Notes: generated by a model not told the origin, from the letters alone. Shown: positions 1 to 11,197, counted from the stretch's first letter. The stretch: 64,000 bases of DNA from Sedimentisphaerales bacterium (GCA_963708075.1 OY970194.1:7424001-7488000), one strand, 5' to 3'. Translations and numbers: made by a program.

Positions 1-919
1 TATCTCTCCGGATCGCGTGTATGTGCTCGACACCAAAAAGCCCATTATCGACTGGTGGGCTTACTCCCGGTATGAATCCCTTGGATTGATGCCTCCGCAG
101 AAGGTGCTGGAGCTGATCCGGGAGCGGCTGAAGGACCCGAACAACCTGCCGGCCAAGATCGACATCCTCTGGACGGGCGAGACGGCGCAGGACCTTCGTG
201 ACAAGACGATGGAACTGGTCCGGCAGATGGGCGCGGCGGCGAAGACGGAGGTTGGCTTGTGGAAGAACGATTTCATCGGCTCCGGTGAAGCGCCGTTCTT
301 CCTCAGGCAGGGCAAGATCACGACCCTGTACCCGGTGCCCGTGGAGCGACCGGATGGGACCCCCGACAAAGCCCTCCGGACGGGCCCCGTTGAGCCGCAG
401 GATTTCGAGCAGCATATCCTGTGGCGCATCACGTTTGTTTGGAACCTCCCGTTCACATTTCGGATTGAACATGACCAGGCGAGTTCCGACCTGGCTCAGC
501 GCATCGCCGATCAGATCAAGACGATAGCGAATCGTCTAGGCGTCAGCGACCTGGTCGGTGTGCAGTCCGTTCTGGTGGAGCCGGTGCCTGAACAAGCCTT
601 CCTGGGGCAATGGTGGGTCGATGGCAAGAGCGAAATCCAGGCCCTCAACGTCCAGCCCGGGGGCAAGTGCTCGCTCACGTGGAGGCGGGATGCAAGATCG
701 AAGCGGGCCGGGACGACGGTCACCTACCCGTGGACGATAACGACCAAGGAGATCGTCATAGACCCCGGCGAGGACTCCAAGGCCGACTGGAATTGGTACA
801 CCTATCGTGGATACGTCAACGCGGACGGCCATCTCGCTCTGGAAAAGGGACTCATCTACCCCCAAGGCGCTTTCTATCGCGCCGGCGACCCGACCATGAC
901 TTTCCAGAAGGTGAAATAG
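1..919 (+). CDS. Hypothetical protein, 5' end outside window
   Basis: Frame open from the window start to TAG at 917-919; GC-rich coding-like codon pattern; no recognised motif. Confidence 0.7.
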   Translation, partial: ISPDRVYVLDTKKPIIDWWAYSRYESLGLMPPQKVLELIRERLKDPNNLPAKIDILWTGETAQDLRDKTMELVRQMGAAAKTEVGLWKNDFIGSGEAPFFLRQGKITTLYPVPVERPDGTPDKALRTGPVEPQDFEQHILWRITFVWNLPFTFRIEHDQASSDLAQRIADQIKTIANRLGVSDLVGVQSVLVEPVPEQAFLGQWWVDGKSEIQALNVQPGGKCSLTWRRDARSKRAGTTVTYPWTITTKEIVIDPGEDSKADWNWYTYRGYVNADGHLALEKGLIYPQGAFYRAGDPTMTFQKVK

Positions 920-932
920 GGCTGTAGTTCGA

Positions 933-2186
933 GTCACCGCGGAGGATCGCCGCCGGTGGGAAGACCATAGAGAGCACACCGGACATGCAGCCCGGACGTG
1001 GCGCATAGTCTCTATGCCTGTGCAGGAGCCGCAGCACGTTGAGACGTGTATCCGGAAGGCATTACTGGGAGGAATGGACATGAGAGCACTATCGTGTCCT
1101 ATGAATAGTCGAACGGTAAGATGGGGTGCTGTCGGAGTCCTTGTCGCATGTGCGGCTGCAGGGGTACATTCCCTTAATGGGGTCTCGACAGAAACCGTCA
1201 GGTTTCCGGAAATCATCCGGGCGATGAGGGAAACCCCGTGGGTGCACGGCTCAGCTTACGGATATGGACGGACCATGACGGACCTGACGGAGTTCTGGAT
1301 CGGTTTCAAGGAAGACATGTCCAGCGGCAGGATGCCCGATGGACAGGTGAGCTTCTGCAGTCTCGAAGAACTCCAAACCGCCGAATATGATCCGAACAGC
1401 AAAACTATCACTCTTTGGCCTATGGAAGAACGGGAATCCTCCCGACGTATGCTGTCACCGCTCCTGGTGGTGAGGAACATGCAGCAGATGCTCACTGACA
1501 ATGGCGGCAAGACCACAGTGTACATCGAGCGCTATCACGGCCGAGAGGTCCGGGTGCAGCAGACATCGCTTTCGACCCGGTGCCAAAGGATCAAGCGTTA
1601 TGTGATGAAGCTATACATCGATCCGCAATCCAGCCTGCTCCAAGCTGTGCAAGTGGTTGCTCGTGACGCCGCCGGGGCTGTTGTCATAGCGGGACACATT
1701 GCCTTCGACTATCCTCAGAGTGGCCCGCAGGACATCTACGATCTGGGCGTTCCGCCGGAGGCACGGATCGTGAACAATATGCCGGCAGACGATTGGCGAA
1801 CTGTGCGGGAACGGTATCGGAAAATCCTCGGCGAGGCGACGAAGGAATACGCTGCTGTGCCTGCATACCAGGATTCGGACGTTGGCGACATTGCGACAAC
1901 AATCGACGTCATCGACTGCGAGGATGGCACGCACTACCGTTGATGGCATCAAGGCAGGATCAGGTTATCGGCATTTGAAAGGAGTCCTTCAAAAGGGTCC
2001 ATGCTAAGGCATGGCACCTCTAGTGTGAGCCGGGGAATCCATCCCCGGCCCCTTTCTCTATGCGGTGTGCCGGGCATGGCGCGATGATTTGGAGGTGCAA
2101 GTCCTCTGGGGACCTTGATGACAGGAACCCCTGGCTCAACGCCAAGGCCTGCCGCCGCAAGACGGGGTCTGAAGGAAGCCGCAGGC
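933..2186 (+). repeat. Copy 1 of an approx. 1.3-kb diverged direct repeat (copy 2 at 5703-7010)
   Basis: Shared blocks by eye, e.g. GGACGTGGCGCATAGTC, AAGCGTTATGTGATGAAGCTATACATCGATCC, AAAGGAGTCCTTCAAAAGGGTCCATGCTA, GAAGCCGCAGGC; ends approximate. Confidence 0.9.
1080..1943 (+). pseudogene. Membrane-anchored protein resembling a planctomycete anti-sigma periplasmic domain; probably truncated
   Basis: N-terminal hydrophobic segment, 'PWVH', 'IAFDYPQSGPQDIYDLGVP'; homology with copy 2 continues past the stop codon. Confidence 0.55.
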
Positions 2187-2542
2187 AAAGCCTCGCTCCG
2201 ATGAACAGCAGTCGCGTACAAGGCGATGCAAGATGGGCAAGAGGGCCGCAAGACTCCAAGCCAGATGTCAACCGGAATCGGGCGACGTAGACGCGCCGCC
2301 ATTTGCTGTTTGTCTACTAAAGAACATTGGAAACCGATGAAACATGCGGGTTAGGCCTGTACAAATCTCAGGGATAAACGTCCATACTATAGAAAGCCGT
2401 TATTAGCTCACCACTCCACCGCCAGTGCAAGGTGCATTCTATCTGAGTCATGCTGTGTTGGCGCGAACGAGACAAACGGTCCGGAGTGATGGTCGAAAGA
2501 GAGGTCATAGAGGACCAAGACCCCCAGGCGGAGGTAGAAACT

Positions 2543-5500
2543 ATGAGTAATAGTAGATCAAATACTGCGTCCATTCACGCCCGTGCATCCGTCGTTCTTG
2601 CCCTGATTGCTTTCTCTATGGCTGTGCCGCCATCTGCGGTGTGGGCAGCGACCTATTACGTGGATGGAGACAATCCCAAAGCCAGCGATGCCAGTCGTGG
2701 GACGGAAGCACGGCCTTGGAAGACGATTTTCAGAAGCGTCGGCCAACTACAACCGGGGGACACGCTGCTGGTAAAGGCGGGCACCTACCGGGAGACCGTG
2801 ATTCTGACCACGAGTGGTACGGCGGACCAGCCGATCACGATCCAGGCGTATCCCGGGCATGAAGGCAAGGTCGTCATTGACGCAGCGGAACCCGTGGCCG
2901 AATGGCGCCGGTGCACCGGGCCCGAGGAGTGCAGCGGAAATCCGAACTGGAGCCACATCTACTATGCGGACGTGGCCGGCTTTGTGAGCAAACACCCGGA
3001 CAAGACCTTCGCCGTCCGGCAGGTCTTTCAGCACGGTCGGTTGCTGCTGCGCTCACGATATCCCGACGCCGGATGGAGATATCCCACTTCCGTTGCTGAC
3101 CCCTGGAAAGTGTTCAGCGACGGTTCTCTCATCCAGCCGGAGGGCTATTTTGCCGGGGCGGTGTGCCATATCAAGACCAGAGTGTGGCTACTGGACGCTA
3201 TCCCCGTTACGGCGTTCTCCCGTGGGACAATCACCCTTGAAACCAGTCCCCAGGCCGACATCTCGACGGACTTCGGGTACTTCATCACCAGCATCGTGGG
3301 CGAGATCAATGCGGAAGGCGAATGGGCCTACGATCCGGCTCAGAAGAAGATCTTCTTATGGCCCAGGGGCGATGCGGCGGAGGATATCGAGTTCACCTAC
3401 CGGGAATGCTGTCTGCGAACCAACGAGGGGGTCTCGTTCAATACTGTGCTCGGATTGACGATGCGGAATGCCTGGGTGTACGGGATTCTGGTCTGCCGGT
3501 CGCACGACATCACGATTGAGAACAACACCGTGGAATACTGCTTCGACCGCAGCATCCGGTTGCAGACTGAGGGCGGCACCTGCGACAACAATCAAATCCT
3601 ACGCAACACGGTCAAGTACTCCGGCTCCTGCGGGATCAACGTGGATGGCGGGGCCGCGCACTACAATATCGAGGGCAATTACGTCTACGCCACGGGCGTA
3701 GAGCATTTCGGCGACGATATGCTCAACGGGATCGGCGAAGGCCTGTTCATCTGGGGCCCGTATGGGCGCGTGTACAACAACCGGGTCGACCGCACGGCCA
3801 GGGCCGCCCTGTACATCGCCGGCCAGCCGAGCTATCGCGAGATCTGCTTCAACCATGTCACCCACACCGGCCTGGCCCTGTCGGACGGCGGTGCCGGCCT
3901 CTATACAGCCGGCTATCACCCCGGACCGGAAACAGACCATATCCACCACAATATCTTCGCCGATGCCATCGGGTGCAACACGATGAACAAGGCGTACGAG
4001 GCCGGGCTTCCCGTGACCATTGAGAAATATGGCGGCGACAGCCCCGGCCTCTACGTGGATGAGGAGGGCAACAATCGCATCATCGAGCACAATACGATCA
4101 TCAATTCCCGTTCGCACGGCATCTACTTCCATTGGGCGCCCGGGAATGTCGTCCAGCACAATACTCTCTATGGCAACGGAGAGTATCAGGTGAAGTTCAA
4201 CGGCAACGACAGTGACCGGCAGAGGCTCATCGACGATGTCCTGCTGGACAATATTCTGTTCTCGACCGCGCCACAACAATACACGCTGTGGGTGGGTATG
4301 AACTACGATGATGTCCGGTTTGGCCAGTCCGACCGGAACTACTTCTACAATCCGTACGCCGACACACATATTCACGTGATTCGGTATCTGACCCCGTACA
4401 GTGGAGAGCACCACGACTTTTTGACCCTGAGTGGCTGGCAGGCGCTGTCCGGATACGACCGCAACTCGAAGGAATTCTCCTCTCTGAATCAACTCCCCCA
4501 GGTGACTGTGGCCAGTCCCGTGAAATCGAGGATCGTTTACAACGCATCGCTCGACGTCAACACGGTCGATCTGGGACCGGACCTCTATTGCGACGTGCAG
4601 GGCAATGGAATCCGTGGAGAGCTAGTGTTGCGGCCCTTCGAATCGAAGATCCTGATCGCCGCAGTGGATGCGGTGGTGACCCAGCAGGCGACGAATCCGG
4701 TGCCGGCCGATAGGGGACAGGTAGGGGTTGGGCCCATGTTGGAATGGACGGCGGCCGCCAGGGCGGCCTCCCACCACGTGTATCTCGGCACGGATAAGGA
4801 CGCCGTGTCAGCCGGTGATACGGCCTCGCCACTCTTCCGGGGGCGGCAAAGCGGCACAAGCTTCTCCCTGCAAGGGCTCGTGCAGCCCGGTACCCGGTAC
4901 TTCTGGCGGGTCGACGAAGTGGAGACTGACGGCAGGACCATTCACAAGGGCGTCGTCTGGACCTTCACCGTATCCGACTATCTCGTCATCGACGACTTCG
5001 AGAACTACACAGATACTGAAGGCAGCCGCATCGAGGAGACCTGGAGCGACGGCTCCCTCAACGGCACCGGCGCACAGGTGAGCCGCGGGAGCAATCTCCC
5101 CGCCGGGTGGGCGGACGATACCCACGGCAAGGGGTCCATGTCTCTGGCCTATGACAGCGTCAAGCCGCCGCACGTCAGCGAGGTCGAGCGGGAATTTGCC
5201 CGCGAACAGGACTGGACGGCTGCCGGCATGGACACCCTGAGCCTGTGGTATCGGGGCGACCGCGTGTCCTTTGGGGAGACCGCGCCAGGCAATTTTGTCA
5301 TGAGTGCGGCCGGAGCGGACATTTGGTACGCCCAAGATGAGTTCCGCTATGCCTATAAGCGTCTCGACGGAGATGGCGAGATTGTGGCCAAAGTCGTGGA
5401 TTTGGCGGGGGTCGACCACCCGGGCAACGCTCCGGATGACTTCTATGTGACTGTAGAAGACAGCGAAGGCAAGACAGCTACCGTGGTCAACCCGGATCCG

Positions 5501-5674
5501 GCGGCTGTGAACACAATGGCTTGGAAGGAATGGAGAATTCCCCTGCACAGCTTCAACGGCGTGGACCTGAGCCGGGTCAGGAGGATGTCCATCGGCGTAG
5601 GTAATCCCGAGGTCGCCACTGTGGCCGGAGACGGGCACATTTGCATCGACGATATCAGAGTGTGGAAGCCGTGA
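2543..5674 (+). CDS. Secreted right-handed parallel beta-helix protein (DUF1565/pectin-lyase-like) with C-terminal modules shared with the LamG proteins
   Basis: GGAGG RBS before ATG 2543; signal peptide ending AVWA; 'ATYYVDG..G.EARPWKTI..LQPGDTLLVKAGTYRE'; Asn/Ile-rich PbH repeats; 'YFWRVDE..KGVVWTFT', 'LVIDDFENY', 'IDDIR'. Confidence 0.85.
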   Translation: MSNSRSNTASIHARASVVLALIAFSMAVPPSAVWAATYYVDGDNPKASDASRGTEARPWKTIFRSVGQLQPGDTLLVKAGTYRETVILTTSGTADQPITIQAYPGHEGKVVIDAAEPVAEWRRCTGPEECSGNPNWSHIYYADVAGFVSKHPDKTFAVRQVFQHGRLLLRSRYPDAGWRYPTSVADPWKVFSDGSLIQPEGYFAGAVCHIKTRVWLLDAIPVTAFSRGTITLETSPQADISTDFGYFITSIVGEINAEGEWAYDPAQKKIFLWPRGDAAEDIEFTYRECCLRTNEGVSFNTVLGLTMRNAWVYGILVCRSHDITIENNTVEYCFDRSIRLQTEGGTCDNNQILRNTVKYSGSCGINVDGGAAHYNIEGNYVYATGVEHFGDDMLNGIGEGLFIWGPYGRVYNNRVDRTARAALYIAGQPSYREICFNHVTHTGLALSDGGAGLYTAGYHPGPETDHIHHNIFADAIGCNTMNKAYEAGLPVTIEKYGGDSPGLYVDEEGNNRIIEHNTIINSRSHGIYFHWAPGNVVQHNTLYGNGEYQVKFNGNDSDRQRLIDDVLLDNILFSTAPQQYTLWVGMNYDDVRFGQSDRNYFYNPYADTHIHVIRYLTPYSGEHHDFLTLSGWQALSGYDRNSKEFSSLNQLPQVTVASPVKSRIVYNASLDVNTVDLGPDLYCDVQGNGIRGELVLRPFESKILIAAVDAVVTQQATNPVPADRGQVGVGPMLEWTAAARAASHHVYLGTDKDAVSAGDTASPLFRGRQSGTSFSLQGLVQPGTRYFWRVDEVETDGRTIHKGVVWTFTVSDYLVIDDFENYTDTEGSRIEETWSDGSLNGTGAQVSRGSNLPAGWADDTHGKGSMSLAYDSVKPPHVSEVEREFAREQDWTAAGMDTLSLWYRGDRVSFGETAPGNFVMSAAGADIWYAQDEFRYAYKRLDGDGEIVAKVVDLAGVDHPGNAPDDFYVTVEDSEGKTATVVNPDPAAVNTMAWKEWRIPLHSFNGVDLSRVRRMSIGVGNPEVATVAGDGHICIDDIRVWKP

Positions 5675-5702
5675 TTGCGGATCCGCCCTGTGTAGGTCGT
5701 GC

Positions 5703-7010
5703 GTCCCCGCGGAGGGTCTGCTTCGCCGTCGGTGAGAAGATCATGTAAAGCACACCGAACGGGCAGCTCGGACGTGGCGCATAGTCCCTGCGCCTGCGAA
5801 GGAGCTGCGGCACGTTGAGACGTGTGTCCGCAAGGCATGGCTGAGAGGAACAAACATGAGATCGATACTGTGTCTTATGAATAGCCGAAGAGCAGAATGG
5901 GGCGCTCTCGGCATCCTGTTCGCAGGTGTGGCTGCGATAGTGTATTTCCTCAATATGGCGCCATCGATAGAGACCGTCAGGTTTCCGGAAATCACGCGCG
6001 CCATGAAGGAAACCCCGTGGGTACACGCGTCGGCCTATGGATATGGGCGGAGCATGACAGGCCTGACAGAGTTCTGGATCGGTTTCAGGGAAGACATCTT
6101 CAGCGGCAGGACGCCCGATGGACGGGTGAGCTTCTGCCGCCTCGAAGAGCTCCAAACCGCCCAATACGATCCGGACAGCAAGACGATCGCTCTTTGGCCT
6201 CTGGAAGAGCAGGAATGCTCCACCTCTATATTGTCGCCGCTCCTGGCCGTGAGGAACATGCAGCAGATGCTCACTGACAATGGCGGCAAGACCGCGGTGT
6301 ATATTGATCGCTATCATGGACGAGAGGTCCTCGTACAGCAGACATCGCTTTCCACCCGGTGCCAAAGGCTCAAGCGTTATGTGATGAAGCTATACATCGA
6401 TCCACAATCCAGTCTGCTTCAGGCTGTGCAAGTGGTCGCCCGTGACGCTGCCGGTGCTATTGTCACGGCAGGACACATTGCCTTCGACTATCCTCAGAGT
6501 GGTCCGCAGGACATCTACGCTCTGGGCGTCCCGCGGGAGACACGGATCGTGAACCATATGCCCGCAGACGATTGGCGGACCGTGCGGGACCGGTATCGGA
6601 AAATCCTTGGCGACGAAGGAATACACTGCTGTGGATGCACACCAGGATTCGATCTTGGGGACATTGTGACACTGATCAACGAAGGCCACAAATCCGGACC
6701 GGCGCAGCGTCACGAACGAGGCCTTATCTTCGGCCAAAGTCGATCCGGGAGTGGGACAGATTCTCCACAGCCTGTGGATTGCCATGCTCTCTGTGCCAAT
6801 GTCTAAAGGAGTCCTTCAAAAGGGTCCATGCTACGGCGTGGAACCTTAGTGCGGGCCGGGGAATCCATCCCCGGCCCCTTTTCTGTGCGGTGTGCCGGGC
6901 ATGGCACGATGATTTGGAGGTGCAAGTCCTCTGGGGATCTGATGACGGAAACCCCTGGCTCAACAGCAAGGGCTGACGCCGCAAGGCGGGATCTGAAAGA
7001 AGCCGCAGGC
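5703..7010 (+). repeat. Copy 2 of the approx. 1.3-kb direct repeat
   Basis: Colinear similarity to 933-2186. Confidence 0.9.
5856..6806 (+). pseudogene. Paralog of 1080-1943; frame diverges near 6615
   Basis: Near-identical protein up to 'RYRKILG', then a small deletion relative to copy 1 changes the frame. Confidence 0.55.
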
Positions 7011-7124
7011 GGATTCACTGCGCCGCATATTGCCTCCGTGCCGGCGATCCTGTATCGTACAACGCGACGATTGGCGTGATCGTCGCGTTACGGAATGGCC
7101 GGAAAGGACGTTGGAGGACATGGC

Positions 7125-8567
7125 ATGGCGAGCACAGGTCCGATTTCGAGACGGCACACGCTTCAGGGGGCAGGCGTGCTGGGAGCGGCGGCACTACTCG
7201 GGGGCAAGCCGGGCGGTGGGGAGGTCGTGGCGGCGGGGCAGGGGGGCGGTATGTCGGCGCGGGGGAACCCGGCGATTGTCGAGAAGGTGTTCAAGACGCC
7301 GCTGATCGACACGCACGAGCATCTGATCGAGGAGAAGGAACGGCTGGCGGCCTCGCACCCGCGCGTCCAGGCGGATGACTGGAGCCTGCTGCTGAACCAT
7401 TACCTCAATTCCGACCTGCTTGTGGCTGGGATGCCCAAAGCGGCCTACGACAAGTTCTTTGCGAAAGAGACCGACCCCGTCGAGAAGTGGCGGCTCCTGG
7501 AGCCGTACTGGCCCGCCGTGAAGAACACGGGATACGGGCAGGCCGTGCGAATCGCCATGCAGCAACTCTACGAGGTGGAGGATTTGTCCGCGGCAACCGT
7601 CAAGAAGGTGCAAACGGCGTACGAGCAAACGCGGCGGGCGGGCTTCTATCGGCGCATCCTGTGCGATCTGGCCAAGATCGAGTCGTGTCAGGTGAACTAC
7701 CTGGGCCGGCCGTTCGGCGAGTCGGACATGCCCACGCTGCTGATGCAGGATATCAGTATCGTCGGGATGTTCGCCGGCCCGGACCTCAACGGCTTCGGCA
7801 AGCCCACCGGCATCGACGTGACTTCACTATCCGATTGGCACCGCGTCATCGACTGGTGGTTCGATAAGTACGCGAAATACGCTGTCGCCGTCAAATCGCA
7901 AAACGCCTATAGCCGGGACATCGACTACGAGCAGGTCCCTGCAGAGAAGGTTGAGGCCATCTTCAAAAAGCGACTCGCGAACGACTCACTGACGGCCCAG
8001 GAGAAGAAGGACCTCGAAGATCACCTCTTCTGGTACGCCGTCCGAAAAGCCACCGAACACAAGCTCCCTGTCAAGTTGCACACGGGCTACTACGCCGGCC
8101 AGAATGGCATGCCCCTCGGCCGGCTGATCAACAATCCGGCCTCCGCCACGGACCTGTGCCGCGAGGCCCCGGAGACTCGGTTCGTCTTCATGCACATCTG
8201 TTACCCGTACTACGAAGAGCTGCTCGCGGCGGCCAAGCACTACGCGAACGCGTACGTCGATATGTGCTGGTCCTGGATCATCAATCCGGTCGCGGCCAAG
8301 GACTTTCTCAAGAAGTTCCTGGTGACCGTCCCAGCCAACAAAATCCTCACCTTTGGCGGCGACTACATCCCCGTCGAGCCCGTCCTCGGCCACGCGACAA
8401 TCGCCCGTCGCGGCATTGCCCTGGCCCTGAGCGAACTGGTCGAAGAAGGCTGGCTTACCCTCCCCGACGCGATGGACCTGATCGACCCCATCATGCACGC
8501 CAACGCCCGCCAACTCTTCAACGTCCCCGAAAAGACCCGAGCCCTTGAGAATGTGAAGTGGACCTGA
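7125..8567 (+). CDS. Amidohydrolase-superfamily protein with Tat signal (uronate-isomerase-like N-terminus)
   Basis: 'ISRRHTL' twin-arginine; 'TPLIDTHEH' HxH; 'KLHTGY'; 'FVFMH'; 'KILTFGGDY'. Confidence 0.85.
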   Translation: MASTGPISRRHTLQGAGVLGAAALLGGKPGGGEVVAAGQGGGMSARGNPAIVEKVFKTPLIDTHEHLIEEKERLAASHPRVQADDWSLLLNHYLNSDLLVAGMPKAAYDKFFAKETDPVEKWRLLEPYWPAVKNTGYGQAVRIAMQQLYEVEDLSAATVKKVQTAYEQTRRAGFYRRILCDLAKIESCQVNYLGRPFGESDMPTLLMQDISIVGMFAGPDLNGFGKPTGIDVTSLSDWHRVIDWWFDKYAKYAVAVKSQNAYSRDIDYEQVPAEKVEAIFKKRLANDSLTAQEKKDLEDHLFWYAVRKATEHKLPVKLHTGYYAGQNGMPLGRLINNPASATDLCREAPETRFVFMHICYPYYEELLAAAKHYANAYVDMCWSWIINPVAAKDFLKKFLVTVPANKILTFGGDYIPVEPVLGHATIARRGIALALSELVEEGWLTLPDAMDLIDPIMHANARQLFNVPEKTRALENVKWT

Positions 8568-8573
8568 TGCGCA

Positions 8574-8597
8574 TAGGGTGGGGCAAGCTCCACCCTA
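8574..8597. repeat. REP-like palindrome or terminator after the amidohydrolase
   Basis: TAGGGTGG-ggcaagct-CCACCCTA inverted repeat. Confidence 0.6.
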
Positions 8598-8703
8598 CAA
8601 ACTCTATTGCACTCATGCATATGCCGTGCTATCCTTTTGATTGCGCGTGACGATCTGCGTCCCCAATATGACTTAATGACTCAGTGTTGTGTTAGGCGCG
8701 GTA

Positions 8704-9234
8704 ATGTACTGCTTCATACGCTGGAAACACACGGAAGAAGGCTATAGACCTGATATACTAGAAGGAATGGGTTTTCTTCTGCTTGCAGAACCTGGCCGAG
8801 CGTGTGACGGGACTGAGTTCGCGTTGTTTCAGTGTGATCTGCCGGATGACTGCGAGATGCCTGAGAGTGTATATCCGGTCTGCGATGAGCTTGCCACATT
8901 GCTTGAGTCTGCCGAGGACTACCCACCTGCTCTAGCACTCGTCCGAGACGATTTGGACGGCGATGGCAGCCCGTCTGAGGCTGAGTTTTCAGAGAAGCTC
9001 ATCGAGCGATTGACATTCTATCTTCACGGGCAGGTCCATTCTCCTTTCTTCATGGCTAGAGCAAAAAAGACAGAGATTGGCTATAAACAAGCCGGCGGCT
9101 ATTACTGGATCGTCGGGTACAAAGACAAATCGGTCTTGTGGGTATCGAGAGACTACTTTGTATATAAGGATCCCCTTGGCGATTTTGAGCTTGAGGCAAG
9201 TGAGGTTCGACACAAGTTTCGTCGAAGGAAGTGA
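8704..9234 (+). CDS. Hypothetical acidic protein, lower GC
   Basis: ORF in an AT-richer stretch with no long competing frame; start uncertain. Confidence 0.6.
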   Translation: MYCFIRWKHTEEGYRPDILEGMGFLLLAEPGRACDGTEFALFQCDLPDDCEMPESVYPVCDELATLLESAEDYPPALALVRDDLDGDGSPSEAEFSEKLIERLTFYLHGQVHSPFFMARAKKTEIGYKQAGGYYWIVGYKDKSVLWVSRDYFVYKDPLGDFELEASEVRHKFRRRK

Positions 9235-9267
9235 TGCTCAAGACCCTTTGGAGGAATAGCGGCCTAC

Positions 9268-9340
9268 TCATTACCACTGCGAAAGCAGGGACCAGGAACG
9301 CCGTAGCGTAAGTGGATTCCCGCCTTCGCGGGAACGGCAT
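9268..9340. repeat. TTCCCGC-N4-GCGGGAA palindromic repeat (dRS3-like doublet) between convergent genes
   Basis: GGATTCCCGCCTTCGCGGGAA with degenerate partner CCACTGCGAAAGCAGGG; related copy at 36623-36674. Confidence 0.6.
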
Positions 9341-9399
9341 GCGGGCAACCGCGCGCTGCACTTCCACAGTGTTACAGGCTCTCGCGGTGTCGTTGTCCA

Positions 9400-10389
9400 C
9401 TATGAATCGAGTTTCGCGTACTCGGCCAGGAGGCGGAGGTAGAGGCGGTAGTCGTCGAGGGAGACGCCGGGCGGAGTCTGGTGATCGACGCTGGGGATGA
9501 AGCCACCGGTTTTCATGAGCGGGACCAGACGCTCGAATTCGGCGCGGATCGCCGCTTCGCCTTTGTTCAAGACCATTTTGTCGTAGTGGCCGATCATTCG
9601 GAGGTTGGGGAAACTTCGGCGTAGCTCCATCCCGTGCACGCCTGCCTGGCGTTCCAACGGCAGCACGCCCCAGATGCCCACGTCCTGCAGCCACGGCACC
9701 ATGCGCGTCACGTCGCCGTCGGTGTCCACGATCGGGATGATGTCCAGCTCGCGGACCATCGGGATGAACTGCCGGTAGTAGGGGGCGAGGAACTCGTCGA
9801 AGATCCCGCGGGAGATCATAGGCCCGTGGTTGTACGACATGTCCTCGGCGAACGTCATGAACGTCGGCACGCAGACCTTCGCGATCTTGCGCAGCGTGCG
9901 GATGTGGAAGTCGGTGAGGTCCTGGTTGATCCTGTGAATCAGCTCGGGCTGATCGTAGAAGGCGTACATCTGCCGTTCGATGTTCATCAGGGTTCGCGGG
10001 AACCAGAACCAGCCCTCGAACGTAATCCACACCACGGCCTCGCCCCGGCTCTGTTGCTCAGCCCATGGCCGCATCGATTCGATCGCCGCGTCATGTTGCG
10101 GGTAGAGTCGGGGGAGAACGGCGAGGTAATCGTCCATGTTCGCGACGATGCCCTCGACGTGGTGCTGCGTGGCCTCGATGGTCGCCTCTGTCGTGCTGAA
10201 CCAGAACTGCATGTAGGGGTCCAGCCCGAAGTACTGCGAGATGTCGAAGACGCTCCGGCACTGCTGGGGCAGCCCCTCGGCTCGCCATCGCTCGATCGTC
10301 TGGTCCCACCACATGGCCCACTCCCATCGAGGGAGCCGGTCCACGCTTTGGAAACCCATCACCGCTCGGAAACGCTCGACGTGGTTCAT
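9400..10389 (-). CDS. Uroporphyrinogen decarboxylase (URO-D/CIMS)-family protein
   Basis: 'MNHVERFRAVM', 'FAEDMSYNHGPMIS', 'VDTDGD', 'GGFIPSVDHQTPPGVSL'. Confidence 0.85.
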   Translation of the reverse strand: MNHVERFRAVMGFQSVDRLPRWEWAMWWDQTIERWRAEGLPQQCRSVFDISQYFGLDPYMQFWFSTTEATIEATQHHVEGIVANMDDYLAVLPRLYPQHDAAIESMRPWAEQQSRGEAVVWITFEGWFWFPRTLMNIERQMYAFYDQPELIHRINQDLTDFHIRTLRKIAKVCVPTFMTFAEDMSYNHGPMISRGIFDEFLAPYYRQFIPMVRELDIIPIVDTDGDVTRMVPWLQDVGIWGVLPLERQAGVHGMELRRSFPNLRMIGHYDKMVLNKGEAAIRAEFERLVPLMKTGGFIPSVDHQTPPGVSLDDYRLYLRLLAEYAKLDS

Positions 10390-10452
10390 GTGGGTAACCT
10401 GCTGGCTCGCCACAAGGGCAATTCGCTCTCGCTCACGGTCGTCCGGTACGCG

Positions 10453-11100
10453 TTATCTGATCTTGTAGCTGATGGACATGCCGTCGTTTTTCTCCATGGA
10501 GGCTCGGATGATGACGGTATCGTAGTCGGGGCTAGTCTGGACGTAATCGAGATAGTCCTTCATCGCCCGGGCCGACTGAATCACGTTGTCGGCTACGACC
10601 ACAGCTCCTACTTTGAGCTTGGGCTCCAGGATTTTCAGGTACTTGAGATAGTCCTGCTTCAGGGCGTCGATGAAGACGAAGTCGACCGGGCCTTCAATAT
10701 TGGGCAGCGTCTTGAGGGCGTCACCTTCCACGACCGTGACGACATTTTCCATGCCGACCTTCGCCAGGTTCTCACGGGTTTCTTTGACGGCGGCCGGATT
10801 GATATCGTGGGTCCAGAGATGGCCGCCGGTCCGCTCGAAGGCGATCCCCATGTTGATCGCGCCGAACCCGGCGGCGGAGCCGACCTCGACGCCTCGCTTG
10901 GCGCCGGACGCCTCGACGAGGATGCGAAGCATCATTGCGTCGCCGGGGGCGGTGCTGAGGCTCGTTCGCTGGAAGTTGTCGAGGAATTGCTTCCTGAATT
11001 CAGGGCTTGTCTTATTCTGATCGGCGGCATAGACCATAATGCTGGCAAAGGACACTACGGCGATACACAGCATTGCGACAGCAAGGTGACGGTATTTCAT
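10453..11100 (-). CDS. Class I SAM-dependent O-methyltransferase (COMT/CCoAOMT-like) with signal peptide
   Basis: 'VEVGSAAGFG', 'GDAL', 'DFVFIDALK', 'VVVADNV'. Confidence 0.9.
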   Translation of the reverse strand: MKYRHLAVAMLCIAVVSFASIMVYAADQNKTSPEFRKQFLDNFQRTSLSTAPGDAMMLRILVEASGAKRGVEVGSAAGFGAINMGIAFERTGGHLWTHDINPAAVKETRENLAKVGMENVVTVVEGDALKTLPNIEGPVDFVFIDALKQDYLKYLKILEPKLKVGAVVVADNVIQSARAMKDYLDYVQTSPDYDTVIIRASMEKNDGMSISYKIR

Positions 11101-11197
11101 TGTGAGCTCCAGGGCAATTTTTGATTTACGATGTTTGATTTACGATTGTGGCGAAGCACGCTTTACGCTTCGCACTTCACACCTCAAACTGCTTGCC

